Assembly: GCF_006345805.1 (NCBI RefSeq) | Contig: NC_042998.1 | Span: forward strand, 111,290,001-111,354,000 | Source: Octopus sinensis | Taxonomy: Eukaryota | Direction of reading: 5' to 3' | Length of the DNA stretch: 64,000 bases | In this document: positions 1 through 13,939 of the stretch, piece after piece | Numbering within the stretch: the first letter of the stretch is position 1 | Layout: the number at the start of each line of letters is the position of its first letter | The notes under the pieces: model-generated | Told to the model about the DNA's origin: nothing | The model's database searches: none | The model's input: only the letters and a program-made list of their open reading frames with translations | Made by a program: the position numbers and the translations under genes

Positions 1-18
1 GTATAAATAATAATAATT

Positions 19-339
19 ACAGGTATAAACCTGAATTTGTATTCTGGATTCAGTAACTGCAAATTTCTCAATAGTTCAGCGTAAGTATTGTCTTTTTATA
101 TAATTATCCGCAGGGCAGATAATTTCAACAAGTGAACACAGTTTCTCTTCTCTATCCCAAATCATTAAATCAGCTCTGCTCTGCGTACATTTTATTGAGA
201 TTTTTACTGGGACATTCCACCAGTACTCCTTTTTATTACCGGTCAATCTTTGCAACACCTGTCTGTGTTTGGATTGTACTTCTGGACTCCCGTCTTCGCC
301 GGGAACAAGGATTAATCTTCTCTCTTCGCTCATTTGCAC
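19..339 (-). mobile_element. 3' fragment of an RLE-type non-LTR retrotransposon (R4/Dong-like endonuclease)
   Basis: ORF 76..339 has YWWNVPVK...SRADLMIWDREEKLCSLVEIICPAD, resembling the RPD...VE.SCP restriction-like endonuclease motif. After a frameshift it reads on as NTYAELLRNLQLLNPEYKFRFIP. Confidence 0.6.
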
Positions 340-994
340 AACATGGGCTCAACTCTCCTCCCCTCTCTTCTCTTCCTCTCACACCTACTTCCTCCCATCC
401 ACCACGCCTCTCTTGCTCCGAGTCCTACTTCTTCTCTTCATTCCTACCCACCTTCTCTCTTCTCATATCCCTTCATCGTAAACTCTCCCTCGTAACCCAC
501 CCCTACACAATCCAACCCCATCTTCACTATCCATCCCATCCCACCCCCACCCATGCCTTACACCTTCTCCCACAAACTCCACCTCAACTCCCACACTCAG
601 CCTAACCCACACCCCAGCCTCGCTTTCCCCAATCTCACCTCCCCCACTTCCCGACACCACCGCACCTCACACCACTACAGCATACACCACCATACCACAC
701 AACACCACATCACATCATACCACCACGCACACACTAGCACTGTCCACCTCCCAGCCCCACACCATCATCTACACACCTACACATGCACACGTCAAGGTCA
801 CCAACCCTCTTCCACACGCACATACATGCTCTATTATACACACGCACGAATACCTTCGTTTTGATATCACCACTACTTTATTATGTCCCCTTCTTCCTAG
901 CTCTCCTGTGTGACCCCTCTGTCCGGCATTAGGCATGAGAGATCGCTAACCACTATACATTCTTTATTTTCTCTCCTTGTTTCTTTCTGTGCCC

Positions 995-1030
995 CTTTCT
1001 GTGGAAGAGCGTACACTCGAAAAGTTAAAG
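995..1030 (+). ncRNA. Degenerate minimal hammerhead-like motif at the end of a C-rich repeat remnant (340-1122)
   Basis: CTTT-CTGTGGA-AGAG CGTACA CTC-GAAA-AGTTA-AAG has the HHR layout, but core CUGANGA is mutated to CUGUGGA. Probably inactive. Confidence 0.3.
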
Positions 1031-1303
1031 ACTTTTTCACTTCCCGAGCGTTAAACTAATACATCTGTTTAATGTCTGCACCACCTGTCTTCGTCTTTTG
1101 GGGTTTTTGTGCGCATTCTCCCTATATATATATATATATATATACCAATTAAGGACTGAGCACGAAAAGGTGGACAGTCAACATGCTAGATATAGACGTC
1201 AAATCGCCATTCTCCACAAGGATTATGTTCTCAAATAAAAATAAAATTCAGCACGACCTAAAGCAATGGATGAGACAAAAAAAATACTAAGTGGAATAAT
1301 TAC

Positions 1304-1363
1304 CTACGTACTGCAGTTTCAGCTATTAATATCACAAGGATATCTGTAGCTTCATCAGCGTAG
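1304..1363 (-). ncRNA. Type I hammerhead ribozyme (copy 1)
   Basis: Reverse complement: CTACG-CTGATGA-AGCTA(cagATATCcttgtGATATtaa)TAGCT-GAAAC-TGCA-GTA-CGTAG. Intact core, stems I and II, short stem III with palindromic ACTGCAGT, GUA cleavage triplet. Confidence 0.88.
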
Positions 1364-1802
1364 TCTGTTATGAGCATAATATGCTGTACTAGATGAAAAA
1401 CGGTACCGAAGTCCCGCATGCAAAAAGTACAACCTATTACGTTCGGATGTATCTTTCGAATGCCTCTACTTTTGGCGCGCTGATAATCGAAAAACTAGCC
1501 TGCAGCCAATAATTAGCAGCAGTCAATTTATCGGTTTGAGAACATATATTTCATATTTAAAATTAAGGGTAGAAATTGATATTAGTCAATTAAAACCAGT
1601 GGTCTAGCACATTAAAAAGAATCCGAAGATTAAATATTTATATATACCAATTAAGGACTGAGCACGAAAAGGTGGACAGTCACATGCTAGATATAGACGT
1701 CAAATCGCCATTCTCCACAAGGATTATGTTCTCAATAAAAATAAAATTCAGCACGACCTAAAGCGATGGATGAGACAAAAAAATACTAAGTGGAATAATT
1801 AC

Positions 1803-1862
1803 CTACGTACTGCAGTTTCAGCTATTAATATCACAAGGATATCTGTAGCTTCATCAGCGTAG
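1803..1862 (-). ncRNA. Type I hammerhead ribozyme (copy 2)
   Basis: Same 60-nt motif as copy 1, 499 bp away. Confidence 0.88.
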
Positions 1863-2044
1863 TCTGTTATGAGCATAATATGCTGTACTAGATGAAAAAC
1901 GGTACCGAAGTCCCGCATGCAAAAAGTACAACCTAGGTTGTACTTTTTGCATGCGGGACTTCGGTACAACCTAGGTTGTACTTTTTGCATGCGGGACTTC
2001 GGTACCGTTTTTCATCTAGTACAGCATATTATGCTCATAACAGA

Positions 2045-2104
2045 CTACGCTGATGAAGCTACAGATATCCTTGTGATATTAATAGCTGAAACTGCAGTAC
2101 GTAG
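2045..2104 (+). ncRNA. Type I hammerhead ribozyme (copy 3)
   Basis: CTACG CTGATGA AGCTA...TAGCT GAAAC TGCA GTA|CGTAG. Predicted cleavage after 2099. Confidence 0.88.
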
Positions 2105-2545
2105 GTAATTATTCCACTTAGTATTTTTTTTGTCTCATCCATTGCTTTAGGTCGTGCTGAATTTTATTTTTATTTGAGAACATAATCCTTGTGGAGAATG
2201 GCGATTTGACGTCTATATCTAGCATGTTGACTGTCCACCTTTTCGTGCTCAGTCCTTAATTGGTATATATAAATATTTTAATCTTCGGATTCTTTTTAAT
2301 GTGCTAGACCACTGGTTTTAATTGACTAATATCAATTTCTACCCTTAATTTTTAAATATGAAATATATGTTCTCAACCGATAAATTGACTGCTGCTAATT
2401 ATTGGCTGCAGGCTAGTTTTTTCGATTATCAGCGCGCCAAAAGTAGAGGCATTCGAAAGATACATCCGAACGTAATAGGTTGTACTTTTTGCATGCGGGA
2501 CTTCGGTACCGTTTTTCATCTAGTACAGCATATTATGCTAACAGA

Positions 2546-2605
2546 CTACGCTGATGAAGCTACAGATATCCTTGTGATATTAATAGCTGAAACTGCAGTA
2601 CGTAG
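2546..2605 (+). ncRNA. Type I hammerhead ribozyme (copy 4)
   Basis: Same motif, 501 bp after copy 3. Predicted cleavage after 2600. Confidence 0.88.
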
Positions 2606-2861
2606 GTAATTATTCCACTTAGTATTTTTTTTTTTGTCTCATCCATTGCTTTAGGTCGTGCTGAATTTTATTTTTATTTGAGAACATAATCCTTGTGGAG
2701 AATGGCGATTTGACGTCTATATCTAGCATGTGACTGTCCACCTTTTCGTGCTCAGTCCTTAATTGGTATATATAAATATTTTAATCTTCGGATTCTTTTT
2801 AATGTGCTAGACCACTGGTTTTAATTGACTAATATCAATTTCTACCTACTACCTTAATTTT

Positions 2862-2925
<64 letters not shown>

Positions 2926-2930
2926 AATAA

Positions 2931-3207
2931 TAAGGGTAAAATTAATTAATTAATTAATTAGTATTAATAATTTTACCAAGCAGTGTTCAGTATGTAAAAG
3001 GAGCATTTACGGTATATTTAAACATTACTTTATATAATTAGGGTTCAGCAAAAAGAATTACTTTACCACACACCGAACTTTCAGAAATAGCAGCCAAAGA
3101 ATTTAGCTATTTCCTCTACTATAAGAAGAGTCTCCCAGACAATGTATACTCAAAAACAATTCACGTAGGTATAGATGGAAAAATAACGAAAGTTCACTCG
3201 AAAATAG

Positions 3208-3212
<5 letters not shown>
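2931..3212. mobile_element. Unclassified interspersed repeat beginning TAAGGGTAAAATT, between (TA)n tracts
   Basis: Shares the TAAGGGT(A/G)-A-rich boundary motif with 1564, 24668 and 27474(-). Flanked by (TA)n. Confidence 0.35.
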
Positions 3213-4048
<836 letters not shown>

Positions 4049-4075
4049 CCAAGCATATACCTATATAAATATATA

Positions 4076-5355
4076 CGAAGGTGCAACCAAAAGAAACCGG
4101 AATTTTGTATTATTATTTTATTTACTTAGATTTATATGTTTACACTTTTATCGCCTTTAAACTATTCTCCGTTTTGAACAATGCATCGGTCCAGATGCGT
4201 TTTCCACTGTCCTAGAACTTTTACGAATTGATGCCTTTTAATGAATCCATCGTTTTTTTTTTTCCTCTTCCACATCCACAAACGTTTTCCTTCAACGACT
4301 TCTTTTCTTCGGTGGAACAAAAAAAAATTTGTAGGATGCAAGATCAGGGAGGGTGGGTAAACGGGGTGATGCAATTTTTAGTCAAAAACTGTCTCACACT
4401 CAAGGTAGTGTGTGAAGGTACAATGAAACCATCACTCTACACTTTGCCGCTGGTCGGGGCGTTTTTGTCTCGCTGTATCTCGCAAATGTTTCAGAACTAC
4501 CAGGTAACATGTATGCCATGTAACGGCTTGACCAGGAGGAATAAATACTGTGTGGACAAGTTCTTTCGCGTCGATGAAACAAATCAGCATCGTCTAGACA
4601 TTGAACTTCACTTGGTGCACATGTGGTGGGCATGGTGACGTTGAATGCTTCCATCGACACGCTTGCTGCTTCATTTCCGAGTCGCAGCCGCACCACTAGC
4701 TTTTGTCACCAGTGATGACCTTCGAAAAAAGGTTCGGATCAACTGCCAATAGTTCTTTCAGTTCACAATACGCATTCGGTCGTCACTGTTTTTGATCTTC
4801 CGTGAGCAAACGAGGCATGAATTTTGCTGCAATTCTTTTCATTCGCAATTCCTCGCTCAAAATTCGTTGGAAAGAGCTCCAGGATACACCAGTGATATCA
4901 ACAAGTTCGACAATTGTTTGATGACGGTCCTCCAAGGTCAGTTCATGAATTTTCGTGATGTTATCATTTTGTTCGGAAGGTTGACGGTCGTCCTGGATAA
5001 GATTGGTCTTCAAGCGATAAGTGACCATTCCTAAAGTGTGAAAACCATTCATAAACTTGTGTTTTTGTTCATGACAGCGTTCTTGTAAGCTGTTTGAGAC
5101 ATGAAATCTGTTTTGGCCACCGTTTTCCCTAGCAAAAAACAGAATTCCACACATGCACGCTGTCCCTTCGTTTCAGCCATCGCAAAAATCAGTAAACAGG
5201 AGAGAAGTACTGCAAAACAAAGATGCACAACGTGGCAGTACGAATCCACTCGACGACGGCGTGGGTTGCATCAAGTGGCTTCTAGTGTTGGGAACCTGAA
5301 CTACAACATGCTTCTCTCACAAACAATGTTTCCAGTTACTATTGGGCATCCGCGC

Positions 5356-5356
<1 letters not shown>
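4076..5356 (-). mobile_element. Degenerate full-length mariner (Tc1/mariner) transposon, ~1.28 kb
   Basis: Imperfect TIRs (CGAAGGTGCAACCAAAAGAAACCGGAA / TTCCAGTTACTATTGGGCATCCGCGCG) flanked by TA. Frameshifted transposase: QRACVEFCFLLGKT, ILSEELRMKRIAAKFMPRLLTEDQKQ, TGDES, HPVYPPSL (YSPDL-like), WKTHLDRCIVQNGE. Confidence 0.9.
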
Positions 5357-6371
<1,015 letters not shown>

Positions 6372-6932
6372 TTAGCATACATCGTAATTTTTGTAAACAC
6401 GCAATCTAACTCCTTTACACGCATACACGCTCATTGCAAACTTATCGATTTTTCCCTGAAACAATGATAAACATTACCACTGATGAAAAAGAAATATATA
6501 CTTCTTTTGTAAAGGAAAATAATAATTGAAAAAAAAAATAAGTAGACATTTATAGACTTGTTAAATATCCATAGAATAGAACTCCGCGTTTGCTTATTTT
6601 TCTTTTTTTATAGATAAGAAAGAATTTTTAATTTAAAGGATGATTTTAAAGTTAACTTCTTGACTTTTACATGGTTTTTCATGACACAAAAGCAAACCAG
6701 TTTTTAATTCCTCTTTTTAATAAGTTGGAGAAATATGCATACGCTTACACATACGTCATACACACATATATTCATACACATAAGCAAACGCAGTGCGTGC
6801 AATCAGACATAGATACATACATACATACACAAACACACACACAAATATATATATATATATGTGTGTGTGTGTGCGCGCACGCATATACAACTACAGACAC
6901 TACCGCATTCAAAGAAAAGCAATGCAGACGCA

Positions 6933-6972
<40 letters not shown>

Positions 6973-7325
6973 AACAGAGGGAGTCGTACATACGTAGATA
7001 TACACTCACACAAACGCTCATAAAAGTAGATAATATGCACATATGTTGGACACATTCAAACATGTCTCACCGTATCAAATTAAGAGATTGGGGTTCATAT
7101 AAAGGAAGCACTCTTAGACGTATACACTTACTTCCATATCCACATACAGAAACGTGCTACATTGATGTACAAATATGAAAATACATCGTCACTTATATTG
7201 AGAAGCACATGAAAAAAAAAATTAAACAGAAAACAGTTCATTTATCTTATATGTGTATATGTATCTAATCCATTTCCCTAATTGTCTCTCTAACAATCTA
7301 AAAATCTATCTAACTCGCTCTCTCC

Positions 7326-7402
<77 letters not shown>

Positions 7403-8238
7403 CATATATATACATACATATATACATAATTACATATACATACATACACACACACACACACATACACACACGCGCACAGACATGCATGCACACATACACA
7501 CACGCGCACAGACATGCATGCACACACACACACACACACACATATATGTATACATTCCTTCATACATACATTTATATGCTCATATAGAAATACAATTGAA
7601 GTAAACAGAGAAAGTGAAAAAATGTGACGCTTCCTAATATTTATTCAAAACCCTACACCACAATGAACAAATCTTATGTCTTTAATGAACACAGTTATTT
7701 AGAGAGTGAGATCGATACACTAGGCAATTCTTAGTTCGGCAAGGGTACACATGTATTATGTCTCAATAAAATAACTATTAACACTGTCCCGCGTTTCAAT
7801 AATGGTACAACAAGGAAATCTGAAAACAGACATAACACATATCCCCAGATCCTCACACCTTATTACAAATCTTTGGGAAAACTCCATTGAATATTTTTAC
7901 TGGCACAGCAACAACAAAATAAACAAGAGAAACCACAATCTTTACTTATCTCGATTTTCTTACCTTAGGGCTGGCCATTCCTCCACGGCTTATACACGCA
8001 CATTCTCTCCAATCTTTAACTGAGGCATCCACTTCCATGCCAACTGAATCTATATACCATAGTTCGCACTCCAAGCTCCGCCTACATCCGCAGAAAAAGG
8101 CAATGATAGTGGCCCGTGACCTGTGCTCAAAATTTCACTAGGCTGCGCTACAGAATGTATAATTCGCCACTATAAGACTGATAAAATAATTTCCTGGGAC
8201 TTTATACACATCCAATATGAAGTCATCACAGCTACCCT

Positions 8239-8657
8239 CAGAGCCGGATTAAGACCCATAGAGGCCCTATGCCTATAAGATTTTGTTGGCCCCTAATATA
8301 TATGAAATTCAAAATATAAACAATAATAAAACATAGTATAAATTTTCATTTTTGAAAATGAATCAAAACTAACGGTAAGATGGAAAATAATGTTTATTTT
8401 TGTATACTTCCATTTTACTTATATTTGGAAAGTTTTCTCTCACTTCTTTTAATTGTAGTCTTTGATCAACTCCTGAAAATTAATCTCGCGTAACACATCT
8501 GCATCTATATTTAGTAGAGATGACACACCGAATATCATTTTAACAAGCGTAAAGTGATTTCTTTCGTGCTGTACACTATTTACCATTTCTGTGGTGCCCC
8601 ACTTCCCTTGATGCTCTGAGCACGTGCTTATTTTTCTTAATGGTTAATGCAGCGCTG
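8239..8657. mobile_element. Non-autonomous hAT element (Tip100-like deletion derivative)
   Basis: TIRs CAGAGCCGGATTAA / TTAATGCAGCGCTG. Degenerate 8-bp TSD GCTACCCT vs GCTTCACT. Internal - strand SLLNIDADVLREINFQELIKDY resembles the hAT dimerisation C-terminus. Confidence 0.75.
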
Positions 8658-9026
8658 GCTTCACTACATGATAAAAAGCTTTCCAAATATATAGTGACTG
8701 CTTTTATGCTTGATGCTTAAATTTTAATACTCTGCTGTATTAATACTATAGGAAGCTTCCTAACTATTGACATGAATACTTTATATTATGATTGGGCAGG
8801 GTCAACCAGAAAGTAACTATTAGCAGCATTAATGTAAAGGGCCATGTTTGAATGCGACACAAAATTTTTTGACTGGCATTAATTTACACCATTACATTTG
8901 AACACAACTAGTTTGGATAAACTCTATGTATTATATGCATCTTCGTAAATTATTCTCTTCATAGCAGTATAAAATGCATCATTGAAAAATATTCTTATAT
9001 ATCTTACTATGATTCGCTGGTAATTA

Positions 9027-9960
9027 TGGATTGATATTTAAAACCCGGAAACATTGAATCAATGAAAGAGTGAAAACCCAGGCAAAGATGCAACGTGTTT
9101 TATTACTAACTCATTTTTCAAAACGGAAAGCTCGTAAATATTGTTACGTTTACATAGGTATGGGATTTATATAGAGCTGCTATGAAGGTGGAGAGAAGCC
9201 ACAGTGTATTCTCTATTATGAAATATTGTCTAATGAAAACATGAAGACAGGCAAACTTTACTGGCATTTAGAAACGAAGCATAAAGAAAATATGAAAACC
9301 TGTTGGATATTTTCAAAAACAAAAACTAATTTTACGACATAAGTCAAATGAAAAAGATAGCAATTGGCTGTGATAATAAAAATACTATATATGGATCGTA
9401 TGAAGTATCTCTTTTAATAGAAAAGTGTCGGGAACCAAACACACAATAATGGAGAAGTTAATTCTGCCTGATACCAAAGTAACTGCCTTTCGAATATGTG
9501 GAGACAAAATAACAAGGAATTATGGTACGAGTCCATTGTCAAACAACGCTGTCAGGAGGAGGATAGAAGACATATCTAAAAGCATAAAATGTCAATTAAT
9601 GAATATCATTCCTTACAATTAGATGAGAGTACAGATATTTCTAACTGCGCCGATTCGCTTTCATTCATACTGTATGAAATTAATGGTATGATTAATAAAG
9701 ATTTCTTGTTTTGCCACTCATTGACTACGCATACAAATGGCAAGTCTATTTTTAATAGTTTAAACGATTTTCTTTCAGTAAATGAAATTAAACGGTCAAA
9801 AGCCATAGAAGGCATCACGGATGGAGCTCCTATAATGTCAGGAATATACCGAGGGCTCAAGGAAAATGTTCAAAGTATAATGCTAAATGTCAAATGCATA
9901 TATTGCTGCATGCACAGAGAAGCATTAGCAGCATGAAACATGTTAGGAAAATGAAAGTGA
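9027..9960 (+). pseudogene. hAT Charlie/Buster-type (ZBED5/SCAND3-like) transposase remnant, 5' half
   Basis: BED finger KPQCILYYEILSNENMKTGKLYWHLETKH; PLSNNAVRRRIEDIS; SLQLDESTDIS; TDGAPIMSG; CCMHREALAA. Several stops and frameshifts. Confidence 0.85.
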
Positions 9961-9994
9961 CACCAGAGGAGAAAGTAGTTAATCGTATATAAAC

Positions 9995-10268
9995 AGGCGT
10001 GGCTGTAAGGTGTCCAGCTTGATTCCCAACTACATAGTTCAGGGTTCAGTCCCACTGCGTGGCACCTTCGGCAAGTGTCTTCTACTGTACCCATGGACCA
10101 ATCAAAGCCTTATGATGGGATTTGTAAGACAGAAATTGAAAGAAGCCTGTTGTGTATAGATAGAATAAGTATCAGGCTTTTAAAAAACAAGTACATTCAA
10201 CTAAAAATGTTTCAAGGCGGTGCCACAGAATGGCTGTAGTCTGATAACTGAGAGAAGTAAAAAGTTAA
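9995..10268 (+). mobile_element. Degenerate tRNA-derived CORE-like SINE (same family as 31450-31866)
   Basis: gggttcagtcccactgcgtggcaccttcggcaagtgtcttctact and tail aggcggtgccacagaatggc. Confidence 0.8.
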
Positions 10269-10413
10269 AAACAGAAGGAAAGAAACCCATTCTTTAAATT
10301 TGCACTAGGTCAGGGTCATATTGTCCAGTGTATTGTCTTTCTCGTTATTTTCGTGAAGTGATAAAAATATTTTTTCCTTCAGAGCAAGTGGTTCAACAGA
10401 TTTTCGTGGCTAA

Positions 10414-10600
10414 CTAGTGTGATATGCATGTCATGTTTTTCCGTATTTGAGCGAAATTTGAACCTGTTTTAGCAGGCTTTTGGTTACATGTGGCAAATAA
10501 GTACTCTGTATTGGTATTCAGAGTACTGAAAATTCTAATGTCATTCCTAGCTATATTACACAAAATCCAAGCACATACGCAGGATGAATGTGGAAACTGA
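10414..10600 (-). mobile_element. Possible hAT transposase extreme C-terminus remnant
   Basis: ORF ends AKTGSNFAQIRKNMTCISH*, resembling the Charlie-type ...P.F..L....Q.H.SH* end. Confidence 0.3.
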
Positions 10601-11113
10601 TCTCCGCTTAAAACTGAACACCATTGAACCCGAAATGCATAACATAGTATCAACAAGCAGCATCAGTAATCAAGTAATTTTTTAATTACATATATCTTCC
10701 ACTCGAGTGATGAAACTTGGGATACAAGTTTGTTGCTAATTAATAAAATCAGTATATTGATTAAACAGATCTTTTAAAATCCTAAGTGTTTGACATTTCA
10801 TTCAAATACAAAGAATCCGTGCTAATGGAAGTTTGGGAGTCACTGCAATATACATGTCTCAATCGTCGTCGTCGTCGTCGTCATTATCGCCATTATCATT
10901 ATCATCTACTGCTAATATACTGCTGGTATTATTATTTGCATACATCAGCAAAACGAAAGTCATTTCGTCTACGTGGCAATCTGACAGTACATTTGCTAAC
11001 ACCACAGACTCACTAAATCCAATCAGCGCAGAAGCCATAACGTCATCCCTAACTTACAATCTTCCCATCTCTACGACAGAATTACCCAAATCAATCATCT
11101 CAGGAGCATCAAT

Positions 11114-11500
11114 GGATGGAAGCACTCCGTCGGTTACGACGACGAGGGTTCCGGTTGATCCGAATCAACGGAACAGCCTGCTCGTGAAATTTACATGTAA
11201 GTGGCTGAGCACTCCACAGACACGTGTACCCTTAACGTAGTTCTCGGGGATATTCAGCGTGACAGAGAGTGACAAGGCCGGCCCTTTGAAATACAGGTAC
11301 AACAGAAACAGGAAGTAAGAGTGAGAGAAAGTTGTGGTGAAAGAGTACAGCAGGGATCACCACCATCCCCTGCCGGAGCCTCGTGGAGCTTTAGGTGATT
11401 TTGCTCAATAAACACTCACAACGCCCGGTCTGGGAATCGAAACCGCGATCCTATGACCGCGAGTCCGCTGCCCTAACCACTGGGCCATTGCGCCTCCACC
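11114..11500 (-). mobile_element. Full-length tRNA-derived SINE with 15-bp TSD
   Basis: On -: A box (TGGCCCAGTGG) and B box (GGTTTCGATTCCC). TSD CTCAGGAGCATCAAT (11099-11113) vs CTCAGGAACATCAAT (11501-11515). Confidence 0.9.
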
Positions 11501-11644
11501 CTCAGGAACATCAATAATCATGCAGTTACTATACACTATACCCATACAAGTGGAATACTCAAATCTACTGAAAGTCCTTCCGTGAGAGAACATGCTTAAA
11601 ACATAACTGTCCCTTTACCTACCTCCCAGTTATTAGTAGTGCAC

Positions 11645-12018
11645 TTTTAAAACGACGACGCCGTGGTGATCTCATTCTCGCTCACAACAACATAAGCGGA
11701 AAGTGTAACATCTCGAAAGAGCAGTTTTTCACTCCTGCTCCAGAGCGTGGTATGCGGGGTCACTCCGAAAAACTCTATCTACGATGATTTCATCTCAATC
11801 GAAGGAGAGGGGCTTTCTCCGTCCGGGTTGCGGATCCATGGAATAAGCTGCCGGGCGAGATAGTGAAGATGCCAACGACTGCTCGGTTCAAAGTCTCTCT
11901 TGACCAGAAATGGCCTGAACTCTTTTATGACCACTCTCCCTGTACATAACTCCCTGTCCCCCTACATTGCCTTGCTTTTGCTTTTTGAGCCAATAAAAAT
12001 TGAATTGAATTGAATTGA
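11645..12018 (+). mobile_element. CR1-clade LINE 3' end
   Basis: RRRGDLILAH...MRGHSEKL...RRGAFSVRVADPWNKLP...FKVSLD, then AATAAA and a (TTGAA)n tail. Confidence 0.85.
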
Positions 12019-13069
12019 AAAACAGATTATTAATTACAACCATAACTTCCTCAAAAATTATGTCAATACTTACCCTTTCTTAAATATATGTCAAACGTGA
12101 TCATAACACCAACCCTTGTTACAGTAGTGCTGGTTCGTTTCATTCACACAAATCAGGAAATAGCAAAACATTCAGAGGGAACAATCGTGAATACATCTGA
12201 TCATGAAACACCAACCACAGTGACCACAGTGACCCCAGATGCCATATGTTCCCTGTCAAAGAGAATCTATTTTCTTGTTTTTTTTGTTCTTTGCTATATC
12301 GCAAAAGAAATCCAGGGAAGCATTCTGGATAAAACATTCATTCCCCTACTGCACCGCACCCCCATGCACGAAATAGTTCCAATACTGTCCGTAAACAGCA
12401 AAAAGGACACTTTACAGATTTTGAAGCAACACAAATAAATACTATCTTGGTAGTGACATTTCTGCTAAATGCTGAAGACATTAGACCATCGGCCAATGCA
12501 CTAAAATGGAAAGTCCATTCGTTAAGGGATAGATTACCGACCAAAACTTTCAATATTTTGAAACCCAGCTCAAAAGCTTGCACTTTGACGCTGAATTGGA
12601 ATTGAGAGATTTTACCACCATTTTCGAGCCTGATGTAGGCTGAAGAAAAGGAGGTAGTTTTCATTAATAACTTTTGTCAATATGTGATTGGGCTGGGAGA
12701 CAATGTTCATCAGGACTGATACGCGTGTCCATAATGTACCACGAAAATGTGTACAAGTTAGGAGTCGACGTAATTACCAATATCCGTGATGGTTACGCTG
12801 TAATTTGTTGTTCCCAAATATTGGGCGACTAATTTATGGACAGATGCGTCTCGGACAAGTTGGACTGGCGGTTTAACTCTATGTTCTATTTTGTTGATGG
12901 CGCAAATGGTACCATATGCATTCCCTCTCTCCATAAAGGCGGTCTCACTGAACGTGTGTTTATATAAATTTTCAATACAGTTTTTTGCTATTCCGTTGAG
13001 AATAACATTTGATGTATATATATATATATATGTGTGTATATATGTGTTTGAGCGTGTATGTACGTGTGC

Positions 13070-13100
<31 letters not shown>

Positions 13101-13199
13101 TGCACGCAAATTAAGAAAGAGGGGGAGAGAGAGACAGAGAAACGGAGACAGCAGGAAACCAAGCCAGAAACTATGCTCAGAAGTTCCGGCACAACAGCC

Positions 13200-13630
13200 T
13201 GCGATGATAAAGAAAAGATAAATCCTGGATTAAGTTGGGAAACTGTTGGATAGAACAAGAGAAAAAGAAGAAGCATGACATTAACACAGACTAATGGGAA
13301 ATAAGATTATTGAAGTCCTAAGAAAGAAGCTAAGAAAGGAAGCTAATAAAACGGCACAAAATGGTGTGGGGAGAGAGGAATGGATGTTTTGCTTGTGAGG
13401 GAGTAGATTGAAACTATTCTATCGAACATAGAATACTGGAAAAAACCATAAGTCTGTGGAGGGTTAACAGACAATACACCACAGGATGCGGGAGACTTCA
13501 CAGATCGCCTCATCTTGAATATACTTGTAAGTGAATTTGGTGACGTCAGTTTGCAGGTGATAGCAACGTAAAATGGCTGGACTCGTGGGTGTGGCCTGAT
13601 CCTCCCATAGATGAGATTTCTCTCTAGTTT
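13200..13630 (+). mobile_element. Possible highly decayed LINE APE-endonuclease fragment
   Basis: GERGMDVLLVRE (GRGGGVA-like) and AGDF motifs in broken frames. Confidence 0.25.
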
Positions 13631-13882
13631 CAAAGTGGATTGCTTTTATTTTGTTTTGCTTACTGGATGTTTTAAGAAATCGTAATATATTTTTTAAAGT
13701 TCTGGTCCCAATTTTATCATATATATATATATATATATATACATACATACATACATACATACATACATAATACATACATACATACATACATATCTATGTG
13801 TGTATGTATGTATGATGTATATATGTATGTATGCATATATGTATGTGTGTATATATGTATGCGTGCTTTTATCCAATAAAAT

Positions 13883-13939
<57 letters not shown>

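Larger units (their letters stand above)
1141..2860. mobile_element. Non-autonomous hammerhead-bearing element (retrozyme/PLE pseudo-LTR-like): ~500-bp unit in tandem, arranged as a large inverted repeat
   Basis: Left arm 1141-1934 (~1.6 units, ribozyme on -) is the near-perfect reverse complement of 1973-~2770. The right arm continues to ~2860. Unit period is 499 on the left and 501 on the right. Both ends abut (TA)n. No RT or endonuclease ORF. Confidence 0.85.

Noticed and set aside
132-864. His/Pro/Ser-rich ORFs
   Set aside because: Low-complexity C/A-rich sequence with no domain features.
1799-2609. Repeated 63-83 aa ORFs ending DYADEATDILVILIAETAVRR
   Set aside because: They overlap the hammerhead and differ in their starts because of the fold-back junction. 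RNA structure explains the sequence better.
9027-9960. Domesticated ZBED5/SCAND3-like host gene
   Set aside because: Multiple stops and frameshifts plus truncation indicate a dead transposon.
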